Of a DNA stretch of 64,000 bases, positions 52,001-60,509 are shown one piece after another. Origin of the DNA: Endomicrobiales bacterium (GTDB lineage Bacteria; Elusimicrobiota; Endomicrobiia; Endomicrobiales; CAWCFT01); NCBI GenBank assembly GCA_963794945.1, contig CAWCFT010000019.1, positions 2,052 to 66,051 on the forward strand. The letters run 5' to 3'. The stretch's first letter is position 1; each line of letters opens with the position of its first letter. The notes under the pieces are model-generated. The model ran no database searches. It was not told the DNA's origin and saw only the letters and a program-made list of their open reading frames with translations. The position numbers and the translations under genes are program-made.

Positions 52001-52720
52001 TCAAACACCTATGCTTTTCCGGACAAGCGAGAAATATTCTTTGGCAGTAGCTTTAAAATATGTTTCGGCGTTCTTAATGCCGTGCCCTTTGACCTCGGCC
52101 CAGTATTCGCCGAGAGATCTAGCCATTTTCACGTAATCCCTTGTGGCTATCTGAGACCTGTAGCATTCTATCGCCTGTTTTTTCTTTTCCCACGCTCTTC
52201 CGATGTCCACCAGAACGTTGGGGTAAAGAGGGAACCGAACGGGATAAGCATATATCATAAAATCTGCTTGCTTGTCCGTATATGCCCCTGCAAGCGCCGA
52301 GTTGACCGCCCTGTGGTCCTCGTGGTTATCGATAAAGAACGGGATAAAAACTATCTCTGGTTTCTTTTCATCTATTATAGATGCGAGCCTTGCGCCGAGG
52401 CCTGCCTCACTTTTCAGTGTTTCGATCTTGTAGCCCAACTGCAAGCTGTCGCTCACGCCCAGCGCCTTAAGGGCCTCGGCGGATTCGTCTTCCCTTATTT
52501 TTCCATCAGATGTACAGAAAACAACACTTGCTCTGCCATTGTTCTTCGCATGTAGGAACACAGTCCCGCCGCAACCTATGGATTCGTCGTCCTGATGCGG
52601 AGCAATTACAAGCACATTATTTACCGGCAGTCTCTCCTCTACAGGAAGAGAATACTTTAAATACGGCTGAATAAGTTCATATAGCCCGAACATTTTTTCA
52701 TAACGGATGAATGAAACCAT
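52001..52720 (-). CDS. PIG-L/LmbE-family deacetylase
   Basis: APHQDDE, HEDH, YRSQ; start moved to MVSFIR because the upstream part is repeat-derived. Confidence 0.85.
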   Translation of the reverse strand: MVSFIRYEKMFGLYELIQPYLKYSLPVEERLPVNNVLVIAPHQDDESIGCGGTVFLHAKNNGRASVVFCTSDGKIREDESAEALKALGVSDSLQLGYKIETLKSEAGLGARLASIIDEKKPEIVFIPFFIDNHEDHRAVNSALAGAYTDKQADFMIYAYPVRFPLYPNVLVDIGRAWEKKKQAIECYRSQIATRDYVKMARSLGEYWAEVKGHGIKNAETYFKATAKEYFSLVRKSIGV

Positions 52721-52755
52721 ATTTTCCTCACATGTTAGTTCTTTCAGAACTAACT

Positions 52756-52843
52756 GATTACACAGATTAAAACAGAGATTACACCGATTATACCTGCCTG
52801 AATGCACTAATCTGCGTAATCATACGTTGTAATCTGTGAAATC
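52756..52843. repeat. GATTACACAGATT-type inverted intergenic repeat
   Basis: GATTACACAGATTA and GATTACACCGATTA, then TAATCTGCGTAATC and TAATCTGTGAAATC. Confidence 0.65.
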
Positions 52844-52864
52844 AAGAATAGAATTTATTCTATT

Positions 52865-53758
52865 CTATATTTTTACCGGCTTATAGTTCATGTGGCTGTT
52901 TAGAGGCAGCGCCCTCGAAAAATCTTTCAGCGCGCGTTTCAGGCCCCTTTTCTTTAAGTACTCGAGCCTGCACTGCTTAATAAAAGCTTCCGAATCCCTG
53001 TTGACCAGCGCTTTCATGGCTTCGGGGTGTTTGCCCTTAAACTCCGAAAGGTTCCCGAGGTCCGAGAAAAATTCTTTTATCTCCTTGCCGGAGCAGTTCT
53101 GTTCAATCCATTTGTCATCGTGCCACAGCTTGTGGAACGACCTTACTTTTTCCGCCATAACCTCCGGCGGCCTCGCCCAGCCGTAATGGTAAATATGCGC
53201 TCCGCAGTTCGCGGCGTTTATCTTTTTGCCGTTCTTCCTGAAACCCTGCGCGTCTCCGTGAGAAACTATGCCGCGGTTATTCCTGATAATCCTTACTTCG
53301 CGCTGGTACCAGTTCCTTCCGGCCTGCACCGTAAAGTAGCTTCCGTAAAAATGGACGTACTCGAACGCGATGCCTTCTATGTCGGGATGTTTCTCGCAAA
53401 GCTTAAGCGTGTTCCTGACCTTATCGAACTCGCGCTCGTCCGCTACCTCATCAGACTGTATATAGAATACCCAGTCTCCGGAACATTCTTTCAGAACGAT
53501 ATTTGTTTGCTCTGAAAGAATAAGCCCGCCGGACCGTTTGGACATGTCCCACTTTGTGTCTATTATCTTTATCTTAGGGTCGTTTATCCCCGTTATCCTA
53601 TCGCGGGTGCCGTCATCAGAATCGCCGACACCAACGATAAACTCGTCGCAAATAGGAAGCATCGACTTTATTGATTCAATAAAAGGATATCCGTATTTTA
53701 CTCCGTTCCTGATTATCGCCGCGCCAGATATTTTCATATTAAAGTGTCCGTCAGTCAT
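52865..53758 (-). CDS. GT2-like glycosyltransferase
   Basis: YPFIESIKS, SDDGT, IQSDE, YHYGWAR. Confidence 0.8.
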   Translation of the reverse strand: MTDGHFNMKISGAAIIRNGVKYGYPFIESIKSMLPICDEFIVGVGDSDDGTRDRITGINDPKIKIIDTKWDMSKRSGGLILSEQTNIVLKECSGDWVFYIQSDEVADEREFDKVRNTLKLCEKHPDIEGIAFEYVHFYGSYFTVQAGRNWYQREVRIIRNNRGIVSHGDAQGFRKNGKKINAANCGAHIYHYGWARPPEVMAEKVRSFHKLWHDDKWIEQNCSGKEIKEFFSDLGNLSEFKGKHPEAMKALVNRDSEAFIKQCRLEYLKKRGLKRALKDFSRALPLNSHMNYKPVKI

Positions 53759-53802
53759 TATTTGTTTTTGACCTTTCCCCTTTTAGGCCGCCAATGAGCG
53801 GA

Positions 53803-53976
53803 GTATTTTTCAGGGCAGGCCGGCCTTGCTTGTTCTGAGTCCCGCAAAGCGGGACGAGTTTGCAAGGCCGCTGGAAAATACGCAGTGAATGGCCTTCAGG
53901 GGCGCATTTCTTTTCCCCGATATTCTTTGTGCGCCCAAAGAAAATCGGGCCGGGGCTGCAGGGGCGGGAAGCCCCG
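53803..53976. repeat. Nested REP-like palindromic element
   Basis: GTATTTTTCAG/CTGGAAAATAC, CGGCCTTGC/GCAAGGCCG, GTCCCGC-AAA-GCGGGAC, CCCGATATTCTTTG/CAAAGAAAATCGGG. Confidence 0.65.
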
Positions 53977-53990
53977 CGCTGTTAAAGCTG

Positions 53991-55190
53991 TCAGGCTTTT
54001 GAACTTTCATCGCGGCAAACGCGTAAAATCATCCCCGTCACCCAAAACACTTCCATTGCAACACCCGGGCCGCGCAAAAGAGTGTCGAAATTGTCACCTA
54101 TCAGAAGCCCTGCGAGCCCCCAGAAAAATCCAAACGCAAACACGTTCACGGAGCTGTCTTTATCAAGCATCACCGGGACAATCCGGCTAAAAATATGAAC
54201 CATAATGATAACAAATATTGCCAGCCCTGCCAAACCGAAATCTGCCGTGAGGTTCAAATAGAACAAATGCAGCGCCGGATGGCGGCCCAAAGTCGCCTGT
54301 TCGGGAGGAAGGCTATTGAAATATTGTTTTTGTTTTATTCCCAACCCTGGGCCGAACCCGAATATAGGCCTGGCTTTTATTTCAGCAAGCGCTATCTTGT
54401 AAAGATACAGCCTTTCCGATACATTATTATCTTTTAGGCCCGTGCGCTCAAACCTGTAATGCACGGCGGGATTGTACTTGTATATGATACCGCCAGCCGC
54501 GCCAAGCAAAAATACGAATATCAACAAGTATTTCGCCATGCCGTTCTTGACAGCCCATATCACGGCAAAGGATATGTACACTATAAATCCCGCGATATAA
54601 TAGCTTCTAGACCCGGTAAGTACAAGCGCGAAAGCATATACCGCTGCTGGGATAAGCGGTATCAATCTCGTTATCCCCGCATCTTTCGAGTAAACTGAAA
54701 TGCCTATCAGGAAGAATGAAATGAAAATGCAAAGCGAACCAAGAGCTATGTGCGAACGTCCTGCCTGAAGGAGCCCATCCCTTACAAGGTTAAAATCACC
54801 GTGCACTACTTTCGGGAACATCCCGAAATACGCGAGTAATGCCAGCGCTACTACCAAAGAAAATACCGCAAAATATATCAGCAAAGCCTTACGCGCCTTG
54901 GCGGGGTCGAACACAGCGTACCCAAGCACAAAAGGAACCACCCAGTGTGACAGATATCCCACCATAGTCCCAAACGCCGCCTTCGGTTCTCCGGAAAACG
55001 GCACGAGCAGCATCCCGTAAACAACAAATATCAAAAGCCACGAGAACACCGGCTCATCAATTATCTTTCCCCAGTATTTCCACATAAGCGCGACAGACAG
55101 CGCCGACGCTATATACCCCACCACATTACTGATAGGCATCGCCGCCGCGAAGATGTAATTAAGAACCATGCTGATGTTTTCTATCATCAT
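53991..55190 (-). CDS. O-antigen ligase family (WaaL-like) protein
   Basis: Multi-TM; TGSRS, ERLYLY..A, PIFGFGPG, HLFYL...DFGLAG. Confidence 0.82.
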   Translation of the reverse strand: MMIENISMVLNYIFAAAMPISNVVGYIASALSVALMWKYWGKIIDEPVFSWLLIFVVYGMLLVPFSGEPKAAFGTMVGYLSHWVVPFVLGYAVFDPAKARKALLIYFAVFSLVVALALLAYFGMFPKVVHGDFNLVRDGLLQAGRSHIALGSLCIFISFFLIGISVYSKDAGITRLIPLIPAAVYAFALVLTGSRSYYIAGFIVYISFAVIWAVKNGMAKYLLIFVFLLGAAGGIIYKYNPAVHYRFERTGLKDNNVSERLYLYKIALAEIKARPIFGFGPGLGIKQKQYFNSLPPEQATLGRHPALHLFYLNLTADFGLAGLAIFVIIMVHIFSRIVPVMLDKDSSVNVFAFGFFWGLAGLLIGDNFDTLLRGPGVAMEVFWVTGMILRVCRDESSKA

Positions 55191-55233
55191 TTTGTAACCC
55201 TGAGTTAATTGAAAAAACCTATTAAAATGAGCC

Positions 55234-55331
55234 GTCTTTGCGAATCCCGCAAGGCGGGATGAAGCAATCTCGTTTTCCTACGCAACAACAAGATTGCCGC
55301 GTCGTCTCGCAAGGTGGGACTCCTCGCAGAC
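55234..55331. repeat. REP-like element (GTC.TTGCGA...GCAATCT / AGATTGC...TCGCA.GAC)
   Basis: Inner hairpins ATCCCGCAAGGCGGGAT and GTCTCGCAAGGTGGGAC; arms GCAATCT/AGATTGC. Confidence 0.7.
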
Positions 55332-55392
55332 ACAAAAAAAAGTATTTCAAATGATTATACTTATAAATTTTCGCAGTACAAATAATACCGCT

Positions 55393-56197
55393 TTACAACT
55401 CCGAAGAATCAACAATGCCCAGCATAATATTTCTATCGAGCATGCCCAATTCCTTTTTATCTTCCAGGAACCTCTCGACATCCTTCTTTAAAGCCGCGAA
55501 ATCAAGTTTGTTTATCTTCTGCTTGAGAAACCCCCTGATATTTTCCGGATTCAATTCGCGAGGCGCCCTCTGTTTGCCTGACCGCGTTATTTAACAGTAA
55601 ATAATTCGGCTTTATCTTCCTGCCAAAATACCAGACAAAATCATAAAAATCTCTGCCCTTTGAATACTTCCTGAAAAAACAGGCATGCAGTTTTGTCGCG
55701 AAAAGGGACGGCAGGTCAAAATGGTTGACTGCAAAAATATATGAAGAACTCACGGGCGTTAATTCCAGTTTCCATCCTTTGGGAGGATTGGTGTCAACCT
55801 CAAGCTTTACCGCGAGCTTTTGTTCCTTGATATTTGAAAGCCCTAACTCGCTTAAAAGCCCGGGGAATTTTATCATGCCGGAATTCACGATATTTTTATC
55901 CCTTGCAGGCATTTCCGCTTTAAGCCCGTAATTTTTCAAATCATTTTCAAGCGCTTCGGCCATGGATCCGAACGAATACCCTTTTGCTTCTATAAGGCTG
56001 AAATCAAGGTCTTCGCTGAACCTTTTAAGGTCATAGAGTATCCTTAAAGCCGTGCCGCCGACAAAAGCGATATTGTTAAAATATTTCCGGTCAAAAATTA
56101 TCTTCAACACCAGCAACTGCAGGAATTCCCTTGTTTTGTTAAACTTTTCTTCGCTTGAGGAAGCCTGCGATATTTTCTGCCTGATAACATCTATCAT
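55393..56197 (-). CDS. abiEii: Type IV TA toxin, AbiEii-family nucleotidyltransferase; compensating frameshifts near C-terminus
   Basis: FVGGTALR..Y...RFSEDLDF, KLEVD, TKLHA, KGRDFYD; frame-corrected tail ...LDFAALKKDVERFLED...SEL*. Confidence 0.88.
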
Positions 56198-56832
56198 TTG
56201 CGGCCTCTCATCAGCTTTATCAGGTTTCCGGTTATTTGATCCAGTTTTTTAATTCCGAAAACTTCGGAATATTGACACAACAGCTTATCATCAAGGCTCT
56301 CAAGGTTTTGAAAACGATAAGATTCAACCGCCTGTTTTTCCTCGCCCGCGTTAAACGCGGCAATATTAAGATATATAAAATCAATTACCGCTTTTTCCGG
56401 TTTCGCAATAAAATACGACAGGTTCGATTCATCTTTCATTTCTTCAAAACCGGTAAAATATTCCGGCTTTACGTGCTGGTAAACGAAATTTCCAAAAAGG
56501 TTTTTAAAACTATTGGTCTTTTTTGTTGTCACACAGGTAATATCATGCACCCTTTCAGGGATTATGCCGTAATGCCCAAGCGCGTATTCCAGGCTGATAT
56601 AGGAAGGCTTGTACAGCTCACAGCCCATAAACATTCTGGAAGGGTTAATTTGTTTGTCGGCCTCCCGCAAAACGTACATCCCACCTTTCTTCAGCCTTAC
56701 TATGTAGCCTTTCTTAAGCCAGCGGGAAAATTGTATCCTGTTCGAGCGTGAAAACACACCGCTTAATTTAAGAATGTTGCTGTCAATAAATGGGAATTTC
56801 GCCGCGAAAGCCCTGAATTCTTCATATTTCAT
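56194..56832 (-). CDS. abiEi: Type IV TA antitoxin, AbiEi family
   Basis: N-terminal wHTH (RWLKKGYIVRLKKG.Y), PSYISLEYAL..YGIIPE, PEKAVID; ATGA overlap with the toxin gene. Confidence 0.88.
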   Translation of the reverse strand: MKYEEFRAFAAKFPFIDSNILKLSGVFSRSNRIQFSRWLKKGYIVRLKKGGMYVLREADKQINPSRMFMGCELYKPSYISLEYALGHYGIIPERVHDITCVTTKKTNSFKNLFGNFVYQHVKPEYFTGFEEMKDESNLSYFIAKPEKAVIDFIYLNIAAFNAGEEKQAVESYRFQNLESLDDKLLCQYSEVFGIKKLDQITGNLIKLMRGRK

Positions 56833-56902
56833 AATATTTCTCTAATACAACATATATGTATACTTACAGAAATATTATAGCACGTGGCGGTTTATAAGTC
56901 AA
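56831..56902 (-). promoter_or_regulatory. abiE promoter with 23-bp inverted-repeat operator
   Basis: TTGACT (56902-56897), 17 bp, TATAAT (56879-56874). IR arms 56831-56853 and 56856-56878 match at 18/23 positions, with a perfect outer 11 bp. Confidence 0.75.
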
Positions 56903-57631
56903 TCACCTGTTCTCCGTACCCGCTCCGGTGTAAAAAGCGTAATGGGTATCTGTGGTCGTTCTGTAACCAGTATAATATTTTTTCGCGATGGCGTCTACAA
57001 GCGGGTTGGTCATCGCGTTAAGGAACGTGTAGTTTATGTTATCTTTCAAGTGGTGCTGGCTCACGTGGTAACGATTGTTCATCAGTATCCCAACCCGGCC
57101 AAGGAACCGCTCGAACGCGTTGGCGTTCGGCACGTGGCAGAGATAATGAGAAACCTCCGCAACAGACGACAGGACAGAAAAATAAAATATTCCCCATTCG
57201 GCAACACCGGCCACTCCGCCAAACCAAACAGCCGCGACAGCGGCAATCTCAAAAAAAGCAAGCCATATCTTGGAACCAGACTCGTGGTAATACACGGCCG
57301 CCAAAGGTTTAATCTTATAAGCCGGCGTCCGGTGATGCAAGTGGAAAGCCGCTATCAATGGCCCAACTGGCGACAAGTAATCGTCGGCGTTATCCATGTA
57401 CATATGAACCAAACCGTTCACGAAGTCCGCCAGGATGAATGCTGTCGCAAAAGCCAACACCTGCCTGACAAACCCAATTGAAATATGGAACACAAGCACA
57501 CCAAGCACAGCCTGGCCGCCCACGTTTACAAAAGAAACCACCCGCCCGATCCAGACATAAACCGGAATTTTATCGTATTTTTCCATAGCAGCATTGTACT
57601 GCCGTTGTTTTTCCGAGACTAAATCAGCCAT
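56903..57631 (-). CDS. CarF/TMEM189(PEDS1)/FAD4-family lipid desaturase
   Basis: ADFVNGLVHMYMD, FHLHH, HYLCH, HVSQHH, NY...NPLVD histidine boxes with TM helices. Confidence 0.85.
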   Translation of the reverse strand: MADLVSEKQRQYNAAMEKYDKIPVYVWIGRVVSFVNVGGQAVLGVLVFHISIGFVRQVLAFATAFILADFVNGLVHMYMDNADDYLSPVGPLIAAFHLHHRTPAYKIKPLAAVYYHESGSKIWLAFFEIAAVAAVWFGGVAGVAEWGIFYFSVLSSVAEVSHYLCHVPNANAFERFLGRVGILMNNRYHVSQHHLKDNINYTFLNAMTNPLVDAIAKKYYTGYRTTTDTHYAFYTGAGTENR

Positions 57632-57711
57632 TGTCTATCCAATTCAATATTCAAGACCTGACACTGGAACTACTAATCAAATTCTTCTCTATGCTCAATC
57701 CTACTGAGATT

Positions 57712-58431
57712 TTACTTGATTTGCATCAGCTCCCATTTCTGTGTGGCTGTATAAGAAAAAAGAAGAAAAATTTCAAAAAACTTATTTTTAATGTTATTTT
57801 CATAATTATCAAATATCTCTTTTGTGCCAACTGGTAAAGGGACGAATATTACAAGAATAATATTACTTTCAAAATCATAACTATCAACCTTCTTGGCTTT
57901 TTTAAACAATAATTTATTTAAAGCATCAATATATGGTGAAGTTCCTATCATAATACCATGAGGCTTTTCTGAACGTCCATTTAGTATTTTGGCTACTTCT
58001 TCATCGGAATACAAACGAGTTATTTCAATACCTAGCTTTTCCGATGTCAATGTATCACTAACAAGAAAATCTGGTCTTTCTCGCTTATCAGTAATAACAT
58101 AATTAGTTTTACGAAGTTCATTGTATGATTCGAGAAACTTTTTACATAAGTATTTTTCATTAAGGCTCTTATCCCTAGCGAGCGGGGAAAGTATTTCAAT
58201 AACTTTCTGTTTGTTTTTATGTACAGTTTCAGCGCCAGCAATCCCAGATTGTGCTTCTGATAGCCCTTTATTATCAGCGAGAAGCTGAAGAAGATTTGGA
58301 ATATTAATCAATTCATTAAATGCACAGATTAAACGTTCTTGTGTAAATGAAGTATCATCATTTAAATAGATATCATTCTTGACGAGCACCTCATCTATCA
58401 ATTTGTATTGATTATTTAGCTTTGAATTCAT
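57712..58431 (-). CDS. AT-rich hypothetical protein with PD-(D/E)XK-like nuclease motif
   Basis: NEKYL...ERPDFLV...LGIEITRL; start at 58431 overlaps the upstream stop (ATGA). Confidence 0.55.
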   Translation of the reverse strand: MNSKLNNQYKLIDEVLVKNDIYLNDDTSFTQERLICAFNELINIPNLLQLLADNKGLSEAQSGIAGAETVHKNKQKVIEILSPLARDKSLNEKYLCKKFLESYNELRKTNYVITDKRERPDFLVSDTLTSEKLGIEITRLYSDEEVAKILNGRSEKPHGIMIGTSPYIDALNKLLFKKAKKVDSYDFESNIILVIFVPLPVGTKEIFDNYENNIKNKFFEIFLLFSYTATQKWELMQIK

Positions 58432-58754
58432 AATCCTATTTCCTCTATGATACATTTTTCATGCACAATCAAAAAACATGGTTCGCCAAGCTTGACCTTT
58501 CTATATTGATCTGTGTAATTGTCGTGAATGCGAATACCCTTATTATTAGCGACTTCCAATTCTTCGGATTTGACATATTCACCACATACTGCACAGATGC
58601 AATGAATCTCGTACCAGTGGTAATTTTTTGCAAATTCAGTCGCTTTTTTAACTTCGTCTTCTTCCATTTCCTTGGTAAGGTCGTTAATTGTGACTTCTAT
58701 TTCTTGCTTACACAATTCGCAATAATATTTAATTACATTTTTCATGTTTATCAT
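58428..58754 (-). CDS. Small zinc-finger protein
   Basis: CELC...HWYEIH and CAVC...HEKC; AGGAG RBS. Confidence 0.6.
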   Translation of the reverse strand: MINMKNVIKYYCELCKQEIEVTINDLTKEMEEDEVKKATEFAKNYHWYEIHCICAVCGEYVKSEELEVANNKGIRIHDNYTDQYRKVKLGEPCFLIVHEKCIIEEIGL

Positions 58755-58772
58755 CTCCTCTTTTAATGAGTG

Positions 58773-59216
58773 TTATTTATCTTTTGGCTTGTCCGGTATA
58801 ACATCATCAAAAGGATTTTTCTCCTTATCCGATGTTTTAGGCGGGTTACACTGTTGCTTATCAGGAACGAATGAATCTTTCACAGGCTCAGGGTTAATTT
58901 TTTGGGGTTTAGCTGATAAAAAATATCTCTTAAGACGATCCCAAAAAGATAATTCAGCTTTAACTGGAAGAAAAGACAAGTCTTCGGATTTAGCGGAAGT
59001 AAGTTCATCCTCAGTGAATGTTCTAACAGGTTTTTCTATTGATTCAAATTTTCCTGACTCTAAGCTTTCTACCTTGCCCGTTATTCTGTTACACCTATAT
59101 CTTATAAGTCCATATTTTATTTCGGTAAAATAATATTTTGGATACATTACATAGAATAGTACCGCCGCCACACACAATACAAGCACTGCTAATAAGGCTA
59201 TCCTTATTTCTTTCAT
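58773..59216 (-). CDS. Hypothetical membrane-anchored protein
   Basis: N-terminal TM, YRCNRITGKVE, low-complexity tail; AGGAG RBS. Confidence 0.55.
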   Translation of the reverse strand: MKEIRIALLAVLVLCVAAVLFYVMYPKYYFTEIKYGLIRYRCNRITGKVESLESGKFESIEKPVRTFTEDELTSAKSEDLSFLPVKAELSFWDRLKRYFLSAKPQKINPEPVKDSFVPDKQQCNPPKTSDKEKNPFDDVIPDKPKDK

Positions 59217-59287
59217 AGTACCTAATCTCCTTTTCCATGCTATTTATATTTTAGCATAATAGGGTCGGGGCTTGCATTCATACATTT

Positions 59288-60406
59288 TCACAACAGCCCC
59301 TGGTTTTTAAGGTCTTGTTCTGTTTTGGCTATGTATTCTTCCAGGGTTTGAAAGCCGTTGGCTTTGGCTACTGGTTCAAACTCGGTGCGGCCTTCCGGGG
59401 TTTTAATCTTTTCCTTGGCAAGGTTTAACATATCAACCTTTTGTTGATTCGATTTCTTTATTATGTCCTCTATGCTTTCTTCCGCAGCCGCAGGCCCGCC
59501 ATTGCGGGTCTCCGAACTGTTTGCTGGCATAGCCCCCTCATCTCCACCACTAAGGCTTTGGCTGACAGGCCCACCTTCTTCATTTTCTGGGCTTTTTGCC
59601 TTTCCCTCAATGTCCAGTGTATTACCCCGAACTTGTTGCGAAAGAGTTTGGGTGACATTGCTGTCGGCCTTGGCATGGGATTTTGTAGTCTTCTTCCTTG
59701 GCAACCTGCCCTGCGACTTTTGGGCCTGTTTCAGAGCTTTTTGTATATCATTTATGTGGTTCTTGGCAACGATTGGGTCGTCTATACCATGAGTGTAACT
59801 TAGGTGAGCGGTTACCCTTTTGCCGGCCTGTTTCACATAGCATTTTCCAGCCTTGGTGGCAGGTGCGTGGTCGACCACGCACCCCCCTTCCCCTACTGAA
59901 TCTATACTAACTTCGCCTGCTTTGACCTTGGCCTGAACATCTGCTGGGGCGCTGGCAACCTTCAGGTAGGCGCGTACCTGCTTCTCGCTTTTGCCTATCA
60001 GCTTGCCTATATCCCTGGTTGACTTCTTGTCCTGTTCGCTAAGCTTCTTGCAGGCAAGCATAAGGTCCAGATTGTTCAGCCTTTTGCGCTCCACGTTTTC
60101 AATGAAATTTAGCCTTAACACCTCTTCATAGCCCGCTTCTGATTCGGGTATGGTTATGGCAAGTATGCCGTCCCACTTAAGGATTATTGCGGACGTTAGC
60201 CTGCGGAGGCCGGCTACTACAATACGTTCCCCCGTAAGCCTCAACCACAGCACAATAGGGAACTTCTGGCCTTCCGCGGCCAAAGATTTGACAAGCTCCG
60301 CCACGCTTTCGGGAGTGATGTCCTTGCGGAACTGGAACATCCTGTTTTCGGAGCCGATGTCCGCGATCTTAACCCATTCTGCCTTGTACTTTGAAAGGTC
60401 GATCAT
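59288..60406 (-). CDS. Orphan ParB/Spo0J-family protein
   Basis: QFRK, ELVKSL..EGQKFPI, AGLRR, IENVERKRL, HTH (STRDIGKLIGKSEKQVRAYL). Confidence 0.82.
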   Translation of the reverse strand: MIDLSKYKAEWVKIADIGSENRMFQFRKDITPESVAELVKSLAAEGQKFPIVLWLRLTGERIVVAGLRRLTSAIILKWDGILAITIPESEAGYEEVLRLNFIENVERKRLNNLDLMLACKKLSEQDKKSTRDIGKLIGKSEKQVRAYLKVASAPADVQAKVKAGEVSIDSVGEGGCVVDHAPATKAGKCYVKQAGKRVTAHLSYTHGIDDPIVAKNHINDIQKALKQAQKSQGRLPRKKTTKSHAKADSNVTQTLSQQVRGNTLDIEGKAKSPENEEGGPVSQSLSGGDEGAMPANSSETRNGGPAAAEESIEDIIKKSNQQKVDMLNLAKEKIKTPEGRTEFEPVAKANGFQTLEEYIAKTEQDLKNQGLL

Positions 60407-60478
60407 TGCTAACCTCTTTTAAAGCTAATATCGAATCGGCAATTTGACAAAACAGTGACGTAGTTTTCTTCAACAGTT

Positions 60479-60509
60479 AGCTTACGGCTTAAAACTTACA
60501 GCTTACAGC
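60479..60509. repeat. Degenerate 7-bp tandem repeat (AGCTTAC)
   Basis: agcttac ggcttaa aacttac agcttac agc directly after the sulfatase-like stop codon. Confidence 0.5.

Noticed and set aside
52720-52807. Cys-rich N-terminal extension of the PIG-L protein
   Set aside because: It is a translation of the GATTACACAGATT inverted repeat; a better start lies at 52720.
55393-55560. In-frame TGA in abiEii (and TGA after GEMAC in ptsI) as selenocysteine or readthrough
   Set aside because: Better explained by indels: the alternative frames give family-like sequence, and I saw no SECIS-like context.
59829-59844. parS-like TGTTTCAC inside parB
   Set aside because: Only a half-site; the second half does not match GTGAAACA.
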